From: Octopus vulgaris
Lineage: Eukaryota
Direction: 5' to 3'
DNA: 64,000 nt
NCBI GenBank assembly: GCA_951406725.2
Contig: OX597825.1
Location: 85,002,001-85,066,000 of the forward strand
In this document: in pieces, positions 1 to 12,372 of the stretch
Numbering within the stretch: the first letter of the stretch is position 1
Layout of the letters: each line of letters starts with the position of its first letter
Position numbers and translations under genes: made by a program
Notes under the pieces: generated by a model
The model's database searches: none
What the model was told of the DNA's origin: nothing
What the model saw: only the letters and a program-made list of their open reading frames with translations

Positions 1-190
1 ATACACGCAAACAGGTAGATAGATAAATAGATAAATAGATAGATTATGTGCATGTATGTGTGTGTGTGTATGTATATATATATATACGAATATAATATAT
101 ATTTTAATATATATATATTGATATATATACATGTGTATGTATATGTGTGTTAATATATATATATATGTATATATATATATGTATATATAT

Positions 191-470
191 GTATCATTGT
201 TAAAGAGGACAACAAACGTTAAGGCAAGGCAAGCATCTCAAGTCATATACATTATAAATATTATTATTGGAAACAAATTCAGTCTTACGGCTGTTTCTGA
301 GATATCCCAGAGTATGGGATATTCTATCATCGGTGATAAATAGAGAAAATGAGAAAGGTATAGATTATTGAAACAATGACATAGAGCACAGCATTGAAGG
401 AATAAACAGATGCACAAAGGGAAGAAAAAAGAAGCATAAAAGTTCACAGTTGAACTTTCCGATCTTGTAG
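191..470 (-). mobile_element. Short PLE-type (pLTR-like) element with decayed hammerhead motif at 286-333
   Basis: Minus strand reads CCGAUGA-UAGA-AUAUCCCA-uacuc-UGGGAUAU-CUCA-GAAA-CAGCCGU-A: a one-mismatch CUGAUGA core, an 8-bp stem II and a near-palindromic stem III. Abuts TA-rich microsatellite at 1-190. Confidence 0.5.
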
Positions 471-1254
471 AAATAAGTTCAGAAGTCCTTAGGTACAATC
501 CTGCATAAATCCATGTGGGTTAAATTCCAGATAGTGTAAAGATGATAGTGTAATCAATTACAGCATTTACGTAGCGTACTTAGTCGTTTAGATCACCTGT
601 GAACTAAACCTGATATTTTGTATGTATATATATGGGGAGAGTTTACGAAAAAAAAAACGAGAAAAGACGAAGACTATATATATATACACATACATGCATA
701 CACACACAGGTATGTATATTTTAACGTTGCATTGAGGTAGGATCTGCAGATAACTTATTCTATCCATGAGAGGCAAATATTATTTAATATCCACAGTATT
801 TAAAATAAAAGCTAATGATATTTCCTCCCGTAGGGACACTTTACGCAGATTTATATAATGTCTTTTGTGTCCCCAAGAAATCTCCAGTGTCACATCACAT
901 GGTTAATTTTGTTTGAAAACGAGGACTGGTATATGAGAAAAAAGTCGAGAAAAAAGCGGGACGATTGACGCAAAAAAGTGGAATGAGAAGACAACCTTTG
1001 AATAAAACGGAAAAAGAAAGTAGAGAAAAGAAAATTGAGGGTTACATCGTTTGGGTTGCAGACACCTTAATTAATGTGGCTGGGGTAGAATAATAAGCGG
1101 CCTGCACACGGGAGAGACCTGCGTCGGAGAGCTCCGAGTTTTGACCGACCCCTCTTGTGTGTCCCGCCCCTGGCACTAGGTTGATTATAGTAGAATAGCA
1201 CCGCTGAATTATTCTACATTAGCTTAGATTAATTATGATATCTATTATCAAACG

Positions 1255-1330
1255 GGTGGATTCGTTTGACTAAATCGCTTGAAGACGGTGCTCCAGTATG
1301 GCCACACACCAATGAAATAAGTAAAAGAAA
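1255..1330 (+). mobile_element. 3' tail fragment of SINE family 1
   Basis: gacggtgctccagtatggccacac...aatgaaataagtaaaag matches the 3' end of the copies at 10099-10491 and 28589-28970. Confidence 0.6.
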
Positions 1331-2059
1331 AGATTGGGTTAACAGATTGTAAACGGCTGTAGATAGACGCAAGTGTGTTGGATGTGCAAAAGGGTTCTGC
1401 AATAGCAGAATAGTTGAGGTCTTAAAGAAAATGTATTATTCCGTTTAATTACGATGGTATGATGCTTTGTGATCAGATTTTGAATCGCACCAAATTTAAC
1501 TTTCATCTCTTGAGATCGATAAAGTTAAGTTCCAATAAAAACCCGAATACAATCAATCGACTAAACATATTTTTCAAAGTGTTATAACAATCTCTAAAGT
1601 TAGAAATAATTGTTTTATTTCCTAAAAGCAGACATACGAGTAGAAAATGTTTGAGCGGGGTTAATCGATTAAATTGACCCCTGTTTTTGACTTGTACTTT
1701 CTTTATCGACCTCCGGAAAGATGGAAGGTAAAGTTGTACTCGGAGAGAAATAGAAATCATAATTATAGTTGTTTTTACGTAGTTACTAACTATGTATATC
1801 ATTAATAATTAGATAAAAAGTAGATTAATATTTCTGCTATTTTGTCTCCAAACGTCACATTTTAACAGAGAATGTGTCAAGTTTTGCTTTCATCTTCTTG
1901 AAATCGATCAAATAAGCAGCACTTGTCTATATTCGTTCAATTCAATCGACAAATATGTCCACTTATGAATACATAAGTTGATGCCAGATTTAGAAATTGT
2001 TGTTGCTCATGTGTCTGTTTGATTTTTCTTTTCTTATTTTTGGTGCTATTTTTATATCT

Positions 2060-2172
2060 AATGGAAGTATTGAGTGTTGCGAGACGAAAATATATTTTTC
2101 ATTCGCTCAATCGTTGAAAATCTTCTGAGAGGAAATAATCTTCATTAGTATATTGGCAGTTCCGCGCAATGA
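2060..2172 (-). repeat. Unclassified dispersed repeat, copy 1 (inverted relative to the copy at 5155)
   Basis: Reverse complement cattgcgcggaactgccaatatactaatgaagattatttcctctcagaagattttcaacgattg aligns with 5156 cattgtgtggaactgccaaattactaatgaagattatttcctctctgaagaattcaatgattg. Confidence 0.7.
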
Positions 2173-2185
2173 CGATTGAGCTGCT

Positions 2186-2217
<32 letters not shown>

Positions 2218-2821
2218 TAACAGAAATCTCTCCACTTTCACCATCATGATTATTATCACAGTCACTAATATCAACAAAAGCCACTACTACCAAGAAATTC
2301 ATCAACGCCTTAGTCGTCGTCTTCGTCGTCATCGTCGTCGTCATGATCATCATCTTCACAATAATCAACAAAAGCGTCAATGTCGCCGACCCCCGAAAGC
2401 ACCATCATAATAATCAGCAGATGTCTTCATCATCTTCATCATTATCAATAATATGTGGTCGTTGTCATCATCATCATCATCGTCGTTGTAATCGTCGTCA
2501 TCTAAATATAATAGCAAGGCTTATTATGATAGCAATAGCGTCGCTAAAGGTAAATAAAGATGAACAATGAATTCGAGGATGCGATGTCATCTTTTGTGAT
2601 TCCAAAGTAGAATTGAAATCCCGCCAAAAATAACCCGAGTACTCAAAACAGACTATCATTATTGTAGACTGTTTATATTATTATCTTGCTGGACGATGAC
2701 TTCATAACGGGAAAAATACTGGATATGATGATGATGATGATGATGATGATGAGGAGGAGGAGGAGCAGGGGGGAGGAGGAGGAGGTTGCTGGTAATGAAA
2801 ATGATCGCTAAATGCAATAAT

Positions 2822-2960
2822 GATTGTAATGGTGGAGGTTTTCGTCACCAGTCACAAGTGTATCCAAAAAGGGTGGAATGAGATCGCAAGAATTGTGAGA
2901 AGAGCAGATGAAACTCGGGGTTTGCGGTTGCTTTCGGACAATTCTCGAGGGGGAGAGATA
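2822..2960 (-). mobile_element. Mariner (DD34D-type) transposase remnant
   Basis: Minus-strand translation with one frameshift: PRELSESNRKPRV / FICSSHNSCDLIPPFLDTLVTGDE. This matches the mariner WVPHEL...R..IC......PFL...VTGDEKW region. Confidence 0.8.
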
Positions 2961-2964
2961 CGCT

Positions 2965-3290
2965 GCGATCAAGAATTTTACATAAAAAGTTTGGTTGGAA
3001 AAGAATGGCATTAAAAAACTTCCATGGCGAAGCCAGTCATCGGATATGAACGCTTTGGAACACCTCTGGGGCATAATGGATGGCACATGTCGTAAAAAGA
3101 ATAGCAAATGCATCTTCAAAGCCAGATCTTTTGAGATAACTGCATGAAAGTTAGCAAGAAATTCCCGAAGAGAATATTCGTTATGTGATCAGTAGCATGC
3201 CTTAGAGAATCCTCTCGTGGAAAAATGCAAAGGGCATGTCCACTAAATATTAGATATTCACATTATGATAATTAATAAATACTTTGAATG
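2965..3290 (+). mobile_element. Tc1 (DD34E-type) transposase C-terminal remnant
   Basis: Plus strand: KVWLEKNGIKKLPWRSQSSDMNALEHLWGIM (cf. WPSQSPDLNPIEHLW), then with frameshifts QEIPEENIRYVISSMP and AKGMSTKY-stop. Confidence 0.85.
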
Positions 3291-3346
3291 TATAATTTCA
3301 GATTCAAAGCAATTTTAATGTTTATACGGCTGTTTAGATACTTCTG

Positions 3347-3421
<75 letters not shown>

Positions 3422-3484
3422 TGTATGTATGCATATATGCATTTTATACGTTTGTTTTTATACGTTTTTATACGTTTTTATACG

Positions 3485-3701
3485 TTTGTTTCAGACAATT
3501 GACTGTGGCCATGCCACAGCACCTCCTAAAACAGCTTTAGTAGAAGAATTTGTACCCAGGACTTATTCTTTCTGAGCCAAGTACTTATTCTAGTTATGGT
3601 GCTGTTAACATTCCAGCCTCGGTTGTCAAGTGATGGTGGAGGGGCTAACACTGACTCAACGACAGCCAGAGACAGACTACGCACATAAGTATAAGCGTGT
3701 T

Positions 3702-3786
<85 letters not shown>

Positions 3787-3923
3787 TTAAATATATATAC
3801 ATATATTGGCCTGCTCGCTTAGCCAGCGGGGTGGCGTCATTTGGAGTCTAAAACAATGTGAAGCGCATTGTGACCAGCGATGTGTAGCAACATCTGATAG
3901 CCTGGTCGGTCACGGTGATCACG

Positions 3924-3990
<67 letters not shown>

Positions 3991-4140
3991 GTATATATAA
4001 AACGGACTTCTTTCAGTTTCCGTCTAACATTTCAACTCAAATATTTGGACGACTCGAATCTGTAGTAGAAGACACTTGTTCAAACTGCCACAGAACTTTG
4101 TAATTGGAAGGAAGCGTCTTAACACACACCCAGCCTGCAC
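3485..4140 (-). mobile_element. Old SINE family 1 copy split at its internal microsatellite
   Basis: The 3' half (3485-3700) and 5' half (4000-4140) both align to the copy at 10099-10491. They are separated by (TA)/(CA) tracts and a nested insert. Confidence 0.7.
3807..3927 (+). mobile_element. 3' fragment of another SINE-like repeat nested in (TA)n
   Basis: GC-richer island flanked by (TA)n on both sides, ending in the short tandem tail tcacggtga-tcacggtga. Confidence 0.5.
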
Positions 4141-4199
4141 ATATATATGTGTGCGTTTGTCTGTGTTTGTATGTGTGTTTGTGTATGTGTGTGTATGTG

Positions 4200-4585
4200 T
4201 GTAATAGAGTTAAAAGAAGATATCCAGCGATACTCAATGTACAAAACACTTTTTTTTACCGCTCAAAAGATTTGAAGTTACAGTCCGAAATCTTTAGCGA
4301 GGACTTATCTCTCCACCTTGAAGATGGGGGCCGGATCTACGTAATGTTTATATGGTTCCACTACTGTTTGTATTTCCTTAAAATTTTACGAACAACACCT
4401 GCCAAAATCATAAAGTAATTCCGAGCACCTAGAAACAGCTGTCGAACTTATACTGCGGTATCTCCTCCCCTTAATTTTCTCTGTCTTTGTACAGTTTGCA
4501 AGTTTCCGCTGTTGATATATAAATATCTATACATTAATATTCATCATTTGAATGCTTTGAGCCTTTGTTTTCTCCATATTTAAAT
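4200..4585 (+). mobile_element. Probable PLE pLTR-like element with palindromic hammerhead stem III
   Basis: GAAACAGCTGTC at 4432-4443 (palindrome ACAGCTGT plus GUC triplet). A possible core UUGAAGA lies at about 4318. Microsatellite-flanked. Confidence 0.4.
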
Positions 4586-5154
4586 GTATGTATGTATATT
4601 TATAAGTATATTTTCTATATGTAAGGCAAGTGGTTATATTTTTCTACATTTATCTCATTACCTATCTCCATATTTCTCTTTCTCTCTCTCTCTGTCTTTC
4701 TCTCTCCTCCCTCTCTCTCTCTACACACACATATCAAGAGACCGAGAGAGAGAGAGAGTGAGAAAGGAAGAAAGAAAGAAAGAAAGAAAGAAAAAAGAAA
4801 CAAAGAAAGAAAGAAAGCAAGATATATATTATATGACAAGTTACTTCCTGTTTACATGATGTTTTTCTTGTGAGCTAAACATATCTCGAAATATATGAGA
4901 ATGCTGAAAATATTATCATTATTATTACTTTTGTTATTATTATTATTATCATTGTTGTTGTTGTTGTCTTTGTTGTTATTGTGATGACAATAAAAGTAGG
5001 AGTGGATGCAGGAGAAGGTAGAGTAGAAGGATCGTCCTCATTGTAATTCTTATTACACCGCAAGGTATTATATGCAAGCATCTTCCTCCATTCCAGCTCA
5101 ATAACTTATTACATGCACATAAAAAAAAAAGGTATCAACGGAATTCTGAAAACA

Positions 5155-5300
5155 CCATTGTGTGGAACTGCCAAATTACTAATGAAGATTATTTCCTCTC
5201 TGAAGAATTCAATGATTGGAAGAAATAGACTGAAGAGATATTTTGGTTTGCCACTGGACAACACCTACACTAATTTATGAATTTCTAAAATTTCTGTAAC
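5155..5300 (+). repeat. Unclassified dispersed repeat, copy 2
   Basis: Homologous to the reverse complement of 2060-2172. Confidence 0.7.
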
Positions 5301-5514
5301 AATGTTAAAAGTGTGGGAGAATGATGCAGTTGAAGAATTCTACAAATATATGTTTTTCGATGTATTTTGTTTATCGTAGAGATGAATGAAAGGGTGAGCG
5401 CCTCGAGAGAAATGCGCACTGCAGTCTAAAAGACAAGAAAACAAAATACGCATTTCTATAACTACATCTTGCCCACTTCTTTACTGCGGCTGCTACTGTT
5501 ACCATTACTTACCA

Positions 5515-5529
5515 TTACTGCTGCTGCTG

Positions 5530-5626
<97 letters not shown>

Positions 5627-5660
5627 TAATAAGGATAATAATAATAATAATAATAATAAC

Positions 5661-5717
<57 letters not shown>

Positions 5718-5763
5718 CATAATAATAATAATAATAATAATAATAATCATAATAATAATAATA
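5515..5763. repeat. Compound trinucleotide microsatellite (CTG)(CTA)(ATA)n
   Basis: Seen directly in the sequence. Confidence 0.97.
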
Positions 5764-6272
5764 AATATCCTGATGCAGTACTAGGCAATAGCTCTTATGG
5801 TTTCTGATCTTAACTGATTGGAAGTGTTATCATGTACATTGTTTTGTCTTGGTACAAAAGATGGGCTACAGCAAATATTCTGCTCAATACCACAGATTTG
5901 CTTGTCCAATGTTTGACCTTAATCATTAAGATTGTCCCTCAGAGGTTGACTATATGTGCGTCTCTGAACATTGAGAGGAATTCTTTGGAGTTTGGATAAT
6001 TCACCTTTGGAAATATGGGTGTTTCGTTCAACATCCTTTTTCGAAGATCATTTGAGTGGGATGAACTACTTGACCTGAAGAAAACTCTAACTGGACCCCA
6101 TCTGCATGATCATGTGCTGTATATCTTGATATGAGATCACCATGTCGCGCACATATGGTTGTGATACATATGCCTGTTTTACCCTTATCAGACGGGTAGT
6201 CATGATGAGTATACTGGGCTTCGTATATTTTAACCCATTGTTACTTTGATGGCATGCACTACTCTCTCACTC
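5764..6272. mobile_element. About 510-bp non-coding repeat inserted in a (TAA)n tract
   Basis: Flanked by (AAT)n on both sides. An inverted homologue lies at 36340-36616 (e.g. aaaagatgggctacagcaaatattctgct versus its reverse complement). Confidence 0.75.
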
Positions 6273-6285
6273 AATAATAATAATA

Positions 6286-6344
<59 letters not shown>

Positions 6345-6345
<1 letters not shown>

Positions 6346-6568
6346 TTCATTTTTCTAGGTTTGGCAAAAGGCTAGCCCTTTTGAGGGGAGGGGTAAGTTG
6401 ATTTCATTGACCTCAGTTCCTTGACTGTTAAATTATTTTCTCGACTGCGAAAAGATGAAAGACAAAATTAATCTCGACAGGATTTGAACCTAGAACATGA
6501 GAAACCGGAAGAAATGCCGCTAAGCATTTTGCCCAACTTGCTGACTCTTCTGCCAGCTCACTACCCTT
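6345..6568 (-). mobile_element. SINE family 2 (tRNA-like head plus Meta-like central domain), decayed
   Basis: Minus-strand head gagctggcagaagagtcagc...gttctaggttcaaatcc and central gtctttcatcttttcgcagtcgagaaaataa; many homologues in the window. Confidence 0.75.
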
Positions 6569-7049
6569 TCAGATGATCATGAGGACAACGATGATGATGA
6601 TGAGGAGGAGGAAGAGGAGGAGGAGGAGGAGGAAGAGGAGGAGGAGGCAGGGGCAGGAGGAGCAGGAGGGGATGTGGATGCTGCTAATGATGAGGAAAAG
6701 TAGTAGGAAGAGGTGGAGGAAAAGAAGAAAAGGAGGGGGAGAATTTCATGAGGAAGATATTTAGTGAGTTTATCATTATCCCAAAGCGATTACCTGCTAA
6801 TTTAATTAGCATGAATCTTATCCTGAAATTCTTTGGCAAAAGTCTCCTCAAATCGCGATAATCTTTTTCGGGATTCTTTTAGAATGTTGATCTCGTTGCT
6901 GTTGCTGCTCTTCTTATTTCCTTTACTTTCCCACAAAAACAGGGAAGCGATAAAGTATTATACAAATTATTTTTTAATTAACTGCATAGACTAAACAGAA
7001 AATTATATATAGAAAGCTCCATAATCCAAAATGATACAATTAACCATAT

Positions 7050-7480
7050 CGCACACGAGATGCTGCCACCCAGTGAATCTACTTGATGAGAGGAAAGGCT
7101 TTACGAAATTGCATAAAGTGTCTTTAATCATGCCAAAGACAATCTTAGGTGCCAGACTCATTGGCACTTCATTATCAGTTTATCATTTTGTCATTCCACA
7201 AAACCGGAGCCCGTCCCTCCAACAATCAACACATTTTGTTTAACTTCATGCCGTTTATTTGTTATATTAATTCTTCGTTTGTTCTTCCCAAAACAGAAAC
7301 TTGGATTCATCGTGGAATGGTGAGGTATTGGCTTCACATCATATTCGTTGCTTCCTCTTGCACTGTTCACCTACTGTTTCTCAAACTGGAACCCGCGAAC
7401 ATCTTTCAAAGTGAACGAAGGTATAAGTCAACCCACGTTTACTAGCTTGAATAGTTTTTGTCTTATATTACCATAGGCAA
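7050..7480 (-). mobile_element. Possible heavily decayed Tc1-like transposase
   Basis: Minus strand FHDESKF (cf. FSDESKF) at about 7295-7320. The rest is too degraded to align confidently. Confidence 0.35.
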
Positions 7481-7602
7481 CCGTCTTCACTTCATACTCA
7501 AATATCTCTGGAATACTTCTGACATCATTTCCGACCCTGCAGTACGTTGCTCGCCTGTATGGTCCTCGCTGGAGAGGTGGATGAAAACACAAACATATAT
7601 AT

Positions 7603-7676
<74 letters not shown>

Positions 7677-8458
7677 GTATGTATGTATTTATGCAGCACC
7701 AGCAGTTGTAGTAGTGGTAGTTGAGGTAGTAGAGCAACGTGGTGGTGTAATGGCGTTTATCCTTGATTTCCTACACAAAAAATGTCTGGTTATTTTGGAA
7801 CTTTCGTCCTCCTTCACTCATTATTCTTTAATAAAAACAGATTCAAGACGTTATGATTTCAGGTTTCTTTCTAATTCCACCTGACATTAAGAGCAAAACA
7901 ATTCTAACCATATATACCATTCCTGCAATAATCAGTCATCCACATGTCTTCTTCCGTCGCACCATTCTTACACCCCACCCCACCCCCAGTCTGAAATGTC
8001 TGATACTGCGACACTTTGGTTTTTTTTCTTTTTTTGGCTGTTCTTTGATCTTGCTGTCGTCAGCTCCTCTTATGATATCTCGCAAGACCTTTGATGTCTG
8101 TCCTCCACAACAATTAGTAAGTACTTTTCAATCGGTTTTCCGCCATTATTGTTATTCTTTAGCCCGAGGTCAAGTCTGATATGGTAGACCTATGATCAAA
8201 GATGTTTCTTAATCAGCCGTTTCTGTTTAACAGCCATAATGAAAAAAATAATTATCATACATAATGAGTGTTTCATCGTGCGTTCAATTTGCTGCCTGCA
8301 CTACAGACAAATCTATATATGGACATTAATAGTTTTGTGTGTTGTATTATTACCATTATTCTTGCAATAACTGTTTAATTTTTGTTTCTTTTTCCATATA
8401 TTTTTTTTCTTTTGAAGTGTTGCTATTTTCTATTGTGCAAAATTGAGATCACTTAGAA

Positions 8459-8751
8459 CAGAGGTTCCCGAACTTTTGGGGCCACCGCCACCCACATGGC
8501 CACATAATACCCTTCAGCCCCCCTATTTTTATGTATAAATAAATATCGTATAGTTTACTAATTTGTATATACTATGAATCATTTGATATTTAATATAAAA
8601 TCATATAATTTTTATACAATACTATAATAATATAATAAATTCATAGCGTCCCCCAGTTCACTTCCTTCCTCCCAACATCTTTTTCTCTACGGGCCCCTTA
8701 GGGCACCAGTGCCCACCTGGACCGTCTCAACACCCACTTTGAGAACCTATG
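8459..8751. mobile_element. hAT (Charlie/MER5-like) MITE
   Basis: Imperfect TIRs cagaggttcccgaac ... ctttgagaacctatg. 8-bp flanks acttagaa (8451-8458) and gcctagaa (8752-8759) match 6/8 and retain the TAGA core typical of Charlie-type TSDs. Confidence 0.75.
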
Positions 8752-10049
8752 GCCTAGAATATTTGAGCTACATTTTGTGTGATATTAATATTGTTATATT
8801 ATTTCTTGGTGTTCCACTCAGCCACAGTATCAATATTTGGTTGTACGAACCCAACGAAACATAAGGTGGCTGGTTGATCTGCTAGAAATAACAGTTAAAT
8901 GGCTTTCATATCACCCTCTGCTGTCAGAGAAAAAGTTGGCTGGTGTAGAATTGGATTCCTTGCACAAGACAAGATGACCAGCGCCGGAAACCATTCCGTA
9001 TATTTCTACTTGATAAGGATAATCCGGAGCTAAGCAATAGCAACCGCAATAACAGCACCAAAAGATCTTATTTGTAAATTACTCATTTGTTATTCAGAGA
9101 TTAATAATATTTTGTACTTGTTCCTTACATGCATTTGTGTATATGCGTGTCAAGTTTGTACGGATGTGTGTCAGATTTGTGTGTGTTTGTGCGTGCGTGA
9201 GTGTGTGCGTTTGCGTGTGTGTGTCTTTCTGTCCCCGTGTGAGTGTATATATGTGTGCGTGCGTGCGTGAGTGAGTGTGTGCATGTGTGAGTGTGTCTGT
9301 GTCTGTGTGAATGTGCGTGTGTGTGTCGGGTGCATGTGCTTTACCCTTTATCTACAATTCCTGGCACAAATAGCAGGAACCATTTATGATGGAATAATGT
9401 TATGTCCTTCAGTAAAGATCGTGAGTTTAAATAAATGCAACCATGATGGAGGGAAAAGCAATGTAATCATTAAAAAAATGTTTTTGTTATTTATTGTACT
9501 TTCAGAAAGGGAGATAGGGAGAAGAAAAGGGAAGTGTCGTCTTGAAAGCAAATGAGGAATTCCCAGGCTTTCACATGGAGATCAATGACCTGCTGCCGTT
9601 TGTATGTATGATAGACGAAGAGAAATACCAAAAGGAGCGAGTATAGGCTGTTCGCATATCTGTGCAATGGATTTTCAAAGTAGTGTAAATATGAAAACAA
9701 TAGAGTGTGACTGAAGCTAAAGTTGCACTTTTTCAGAGGATTCATAGTGACAAGGCCAACTGTTCTATTTTGATAGTCACAAGAATCAACCTACAACACA
9801 GATCTCAAATGTTGTCAATAATGTTTTGGTCTAATTTGTCGAACAAGGAGAGAATTAAGCTTATGCAATTATAACAATGTCTGCAGTCTCGGAAGCGGTG
9901 CACGAATCTTATTACACACTCAGATTGGAGAAGTTGATGTCAGAGTTCAATGCAACTATTGAGAGCAATGTTTCAATTAGGTACATGGAGTTTTGTCTAT
10001 ATATAAATACACAGATACAAAGACACACACACACACACACACACGCACG

Positions 10050-10098
<49 letters not shown>

Positions 10099-10489
10099 CT
10101 TTTACTCTATTACTTGTTTCAGTCATTTGATTGCGGCCATGCTGGAGCACCGCCTTTAGTCGAGCAACTCAACCCCGAAACTTATTCTTTTGTAAGCCCA
10201 GTACTTATTCTATCGGTCTCTTTTGCCGAACCACTAAGAAACGGGGACATAAACACACCAGCATCGGTTGTCAAGCAATGCTAGGGGGACAAACACAGAC
10301 ACACAAACACACACACGCATATATATACATATATGACGGGCTTCTTTCAGTTTCCGTCCACCAAATCCACTCACAAGGCTTTGGTCGGCCCGAGGCTATA
10401 GTAGAAGACACTTGACTAAGGTGCCACACAGTGGGACTGAACCCGGAACCATGTGGTTGGTAAACAAGCTACTTACCACACAGCCACTC

Positions 10490-10491
<2 letters not shown>
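10099..10491 (-). mobile_element. Near full-length SINE family 1 (tRNA-derived head, CORE-like segment, internal microsatellite)
   Basis: Minus strand: A-box tggctgtgtgg, B-box ggttcagtccc, then accttagtcaagtgtcttctact, an internal (TA)/(TG) linker and tail gaaacaagtaatagagtaaaag. Flanked by (TA)n. Confidence 0.9.
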
Positions 10492-10531
<40 letters not shown>

Positions 10532-10689
10532 TATCATTCACATACGAGCGCACACACACACACACACACACACCACCACCAATACCACCACCACCACCAC
10601 CACCACGCCACACACACACACACACACGCACGCACATATATATTGTTTATTATGAGAATTTAGTTCTGGACACAGTCTTCATACATTGG

Positions 10690-11640
10690 TTGTCTTCTTA
10701 TTAAATTTTCTGCTTAAAACTTAGACTCTGCATCGAACATTTAATAACATCCAAGTATTAGAATTCATTCATTTCTCCACCTTTATCCGTATAGAATGTG
10801 CTTTCAAAATATTTTCTCTCATTTGAGGTTCTTTTTTAGGTGTTTATTATTACTCTGCTAAGCGACAGCCCATTTTCTAGCATATTTGACAGAGGCAATC
10901 CCTGTTTAAAATTCTAGGTCATCCCCCTTTAGATATTTCCTTATCCGTATGTTATGGTAGTGATATTAGCCTCGATCTCTCAATTCGATAAGAAGTTTAA
11001 TGCTCATTACTTTTTCAGCCATTCACTGTGTGACTATTTCAAGGATATAAATCTTCGCAGCGGCAATTGCTTTATTAGCGTCAGTTTTAGCTTGCGATTA
11101 TTGTTGATTTCTGTAATTTTTCAATTTTCACTTCATTTATTTCAAGGATATAAATCTTCTAGCAGTACAGGGGAACCATATATAAAAGCAACTCTCATAT
11201 CATCGGGATATAATTTGCAGGTTTCTAAGAATCTGTGACTTAAGTACTTTAATTGTTCTTGCAATACAGAGGAAAACTGTAACGTAATATGGAGCAGATT
11301 GCATTATATCTCCTGTGGATATTTTAAAGGTATTCTACTGCTGTATCAAAGAAAGACACCGAATTTCTCTGTTTATTTTAGTAAATTTATTCTTAGCAGC
11401 GAGATTTGCGTGTTGTTGACATCATAACAAATCGGAAGGGCGTGCAAGGATTGTCTTTGGAATATCTCTAATTACACACATCAAACTAATAATTAATGTA
11501 AATGTTGGGTTGAAAATCCCAATAAAAAAAGGTAAATCATATCCATGGGACACGAAACTGCACCTCCGGTAGAAAACTTATATTTTCTCTTTGGTAAGAA
11601 TAAATGTATTGTAAGGATACAGAGATTCGAAGTTTTGGTT
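10690..11640 (-). mobile_element. Decayed Penelope-like reverse transcriptase
   Basis: Ordered, frameshifted motifs on the minus strand: ILTKEKI*VFLPEVQFRVP (LT..E..L..GL.F..P), NKQRNSVSFFDTAVEYLK (DKGN..V.LD...Y..K), LYPDDMRVAFIYGSP (YGLPK), MGCRLA, EMNEF*YLDV, KKTTN. Confidence 0.6.
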
Positions 11641-11886
11641 TGGTACTAGAGAAATGCGTTTGAGTTCCATAAGCACATTGTGACATTTATCTAAACAAAG
11701 TGGGGTTTTGCAGCCAAATATTTATACATTTATGTGTGTGCTTTGAGATATTCCAGAAAATAATTTGGTCACGTTCTCACCAACGCTTCTAAAGTTTTTA
11801 TGACGGGAGGTGTATAGATAGAATAAACAGACAGGGGAGAGGTGAAAGTATATGTAATATATATTATATATAGATATATATTTATA

Positions 11887-11934
<48 letters not shown>

Positions 11935-11939
<5 letters not shown>

Positions 11940-12372
11940 TCGGGGTGAGTACTTGATAATTATAAGAACCTGTGTATACCGATTGGTGGTGTAGGTGGTG
12001 GAGTAAATTGATCAAAATAAAATAAAAACATGATGCGAAGGATTCAGCGGTACATATGTTTCGGGCCTTTATTAGACAGATTTATAACAATGCATAATGT
12101 ATGTCTGTGGCCTTCTTCACCGCTCACAACAGCTTCCGCAAGGACATGTGTTACATCAAAAATTCTTGGTTGGGATGCAAATCCTCTCATTCACGTACGA
12201 CATAATGCGGCAGCAGCATAGAATTAGTGTCCATCTCTTTCTTCTCTATATATATATATATATATATGCGGCGAGCAGACATACATTATGCATTGTTATA
12301 AATCTGTCTAATAAAGGCCCGAAACATATGTACCGCTGAATCCTTCGCATCATGTTTTTATTTTATTTTGAT

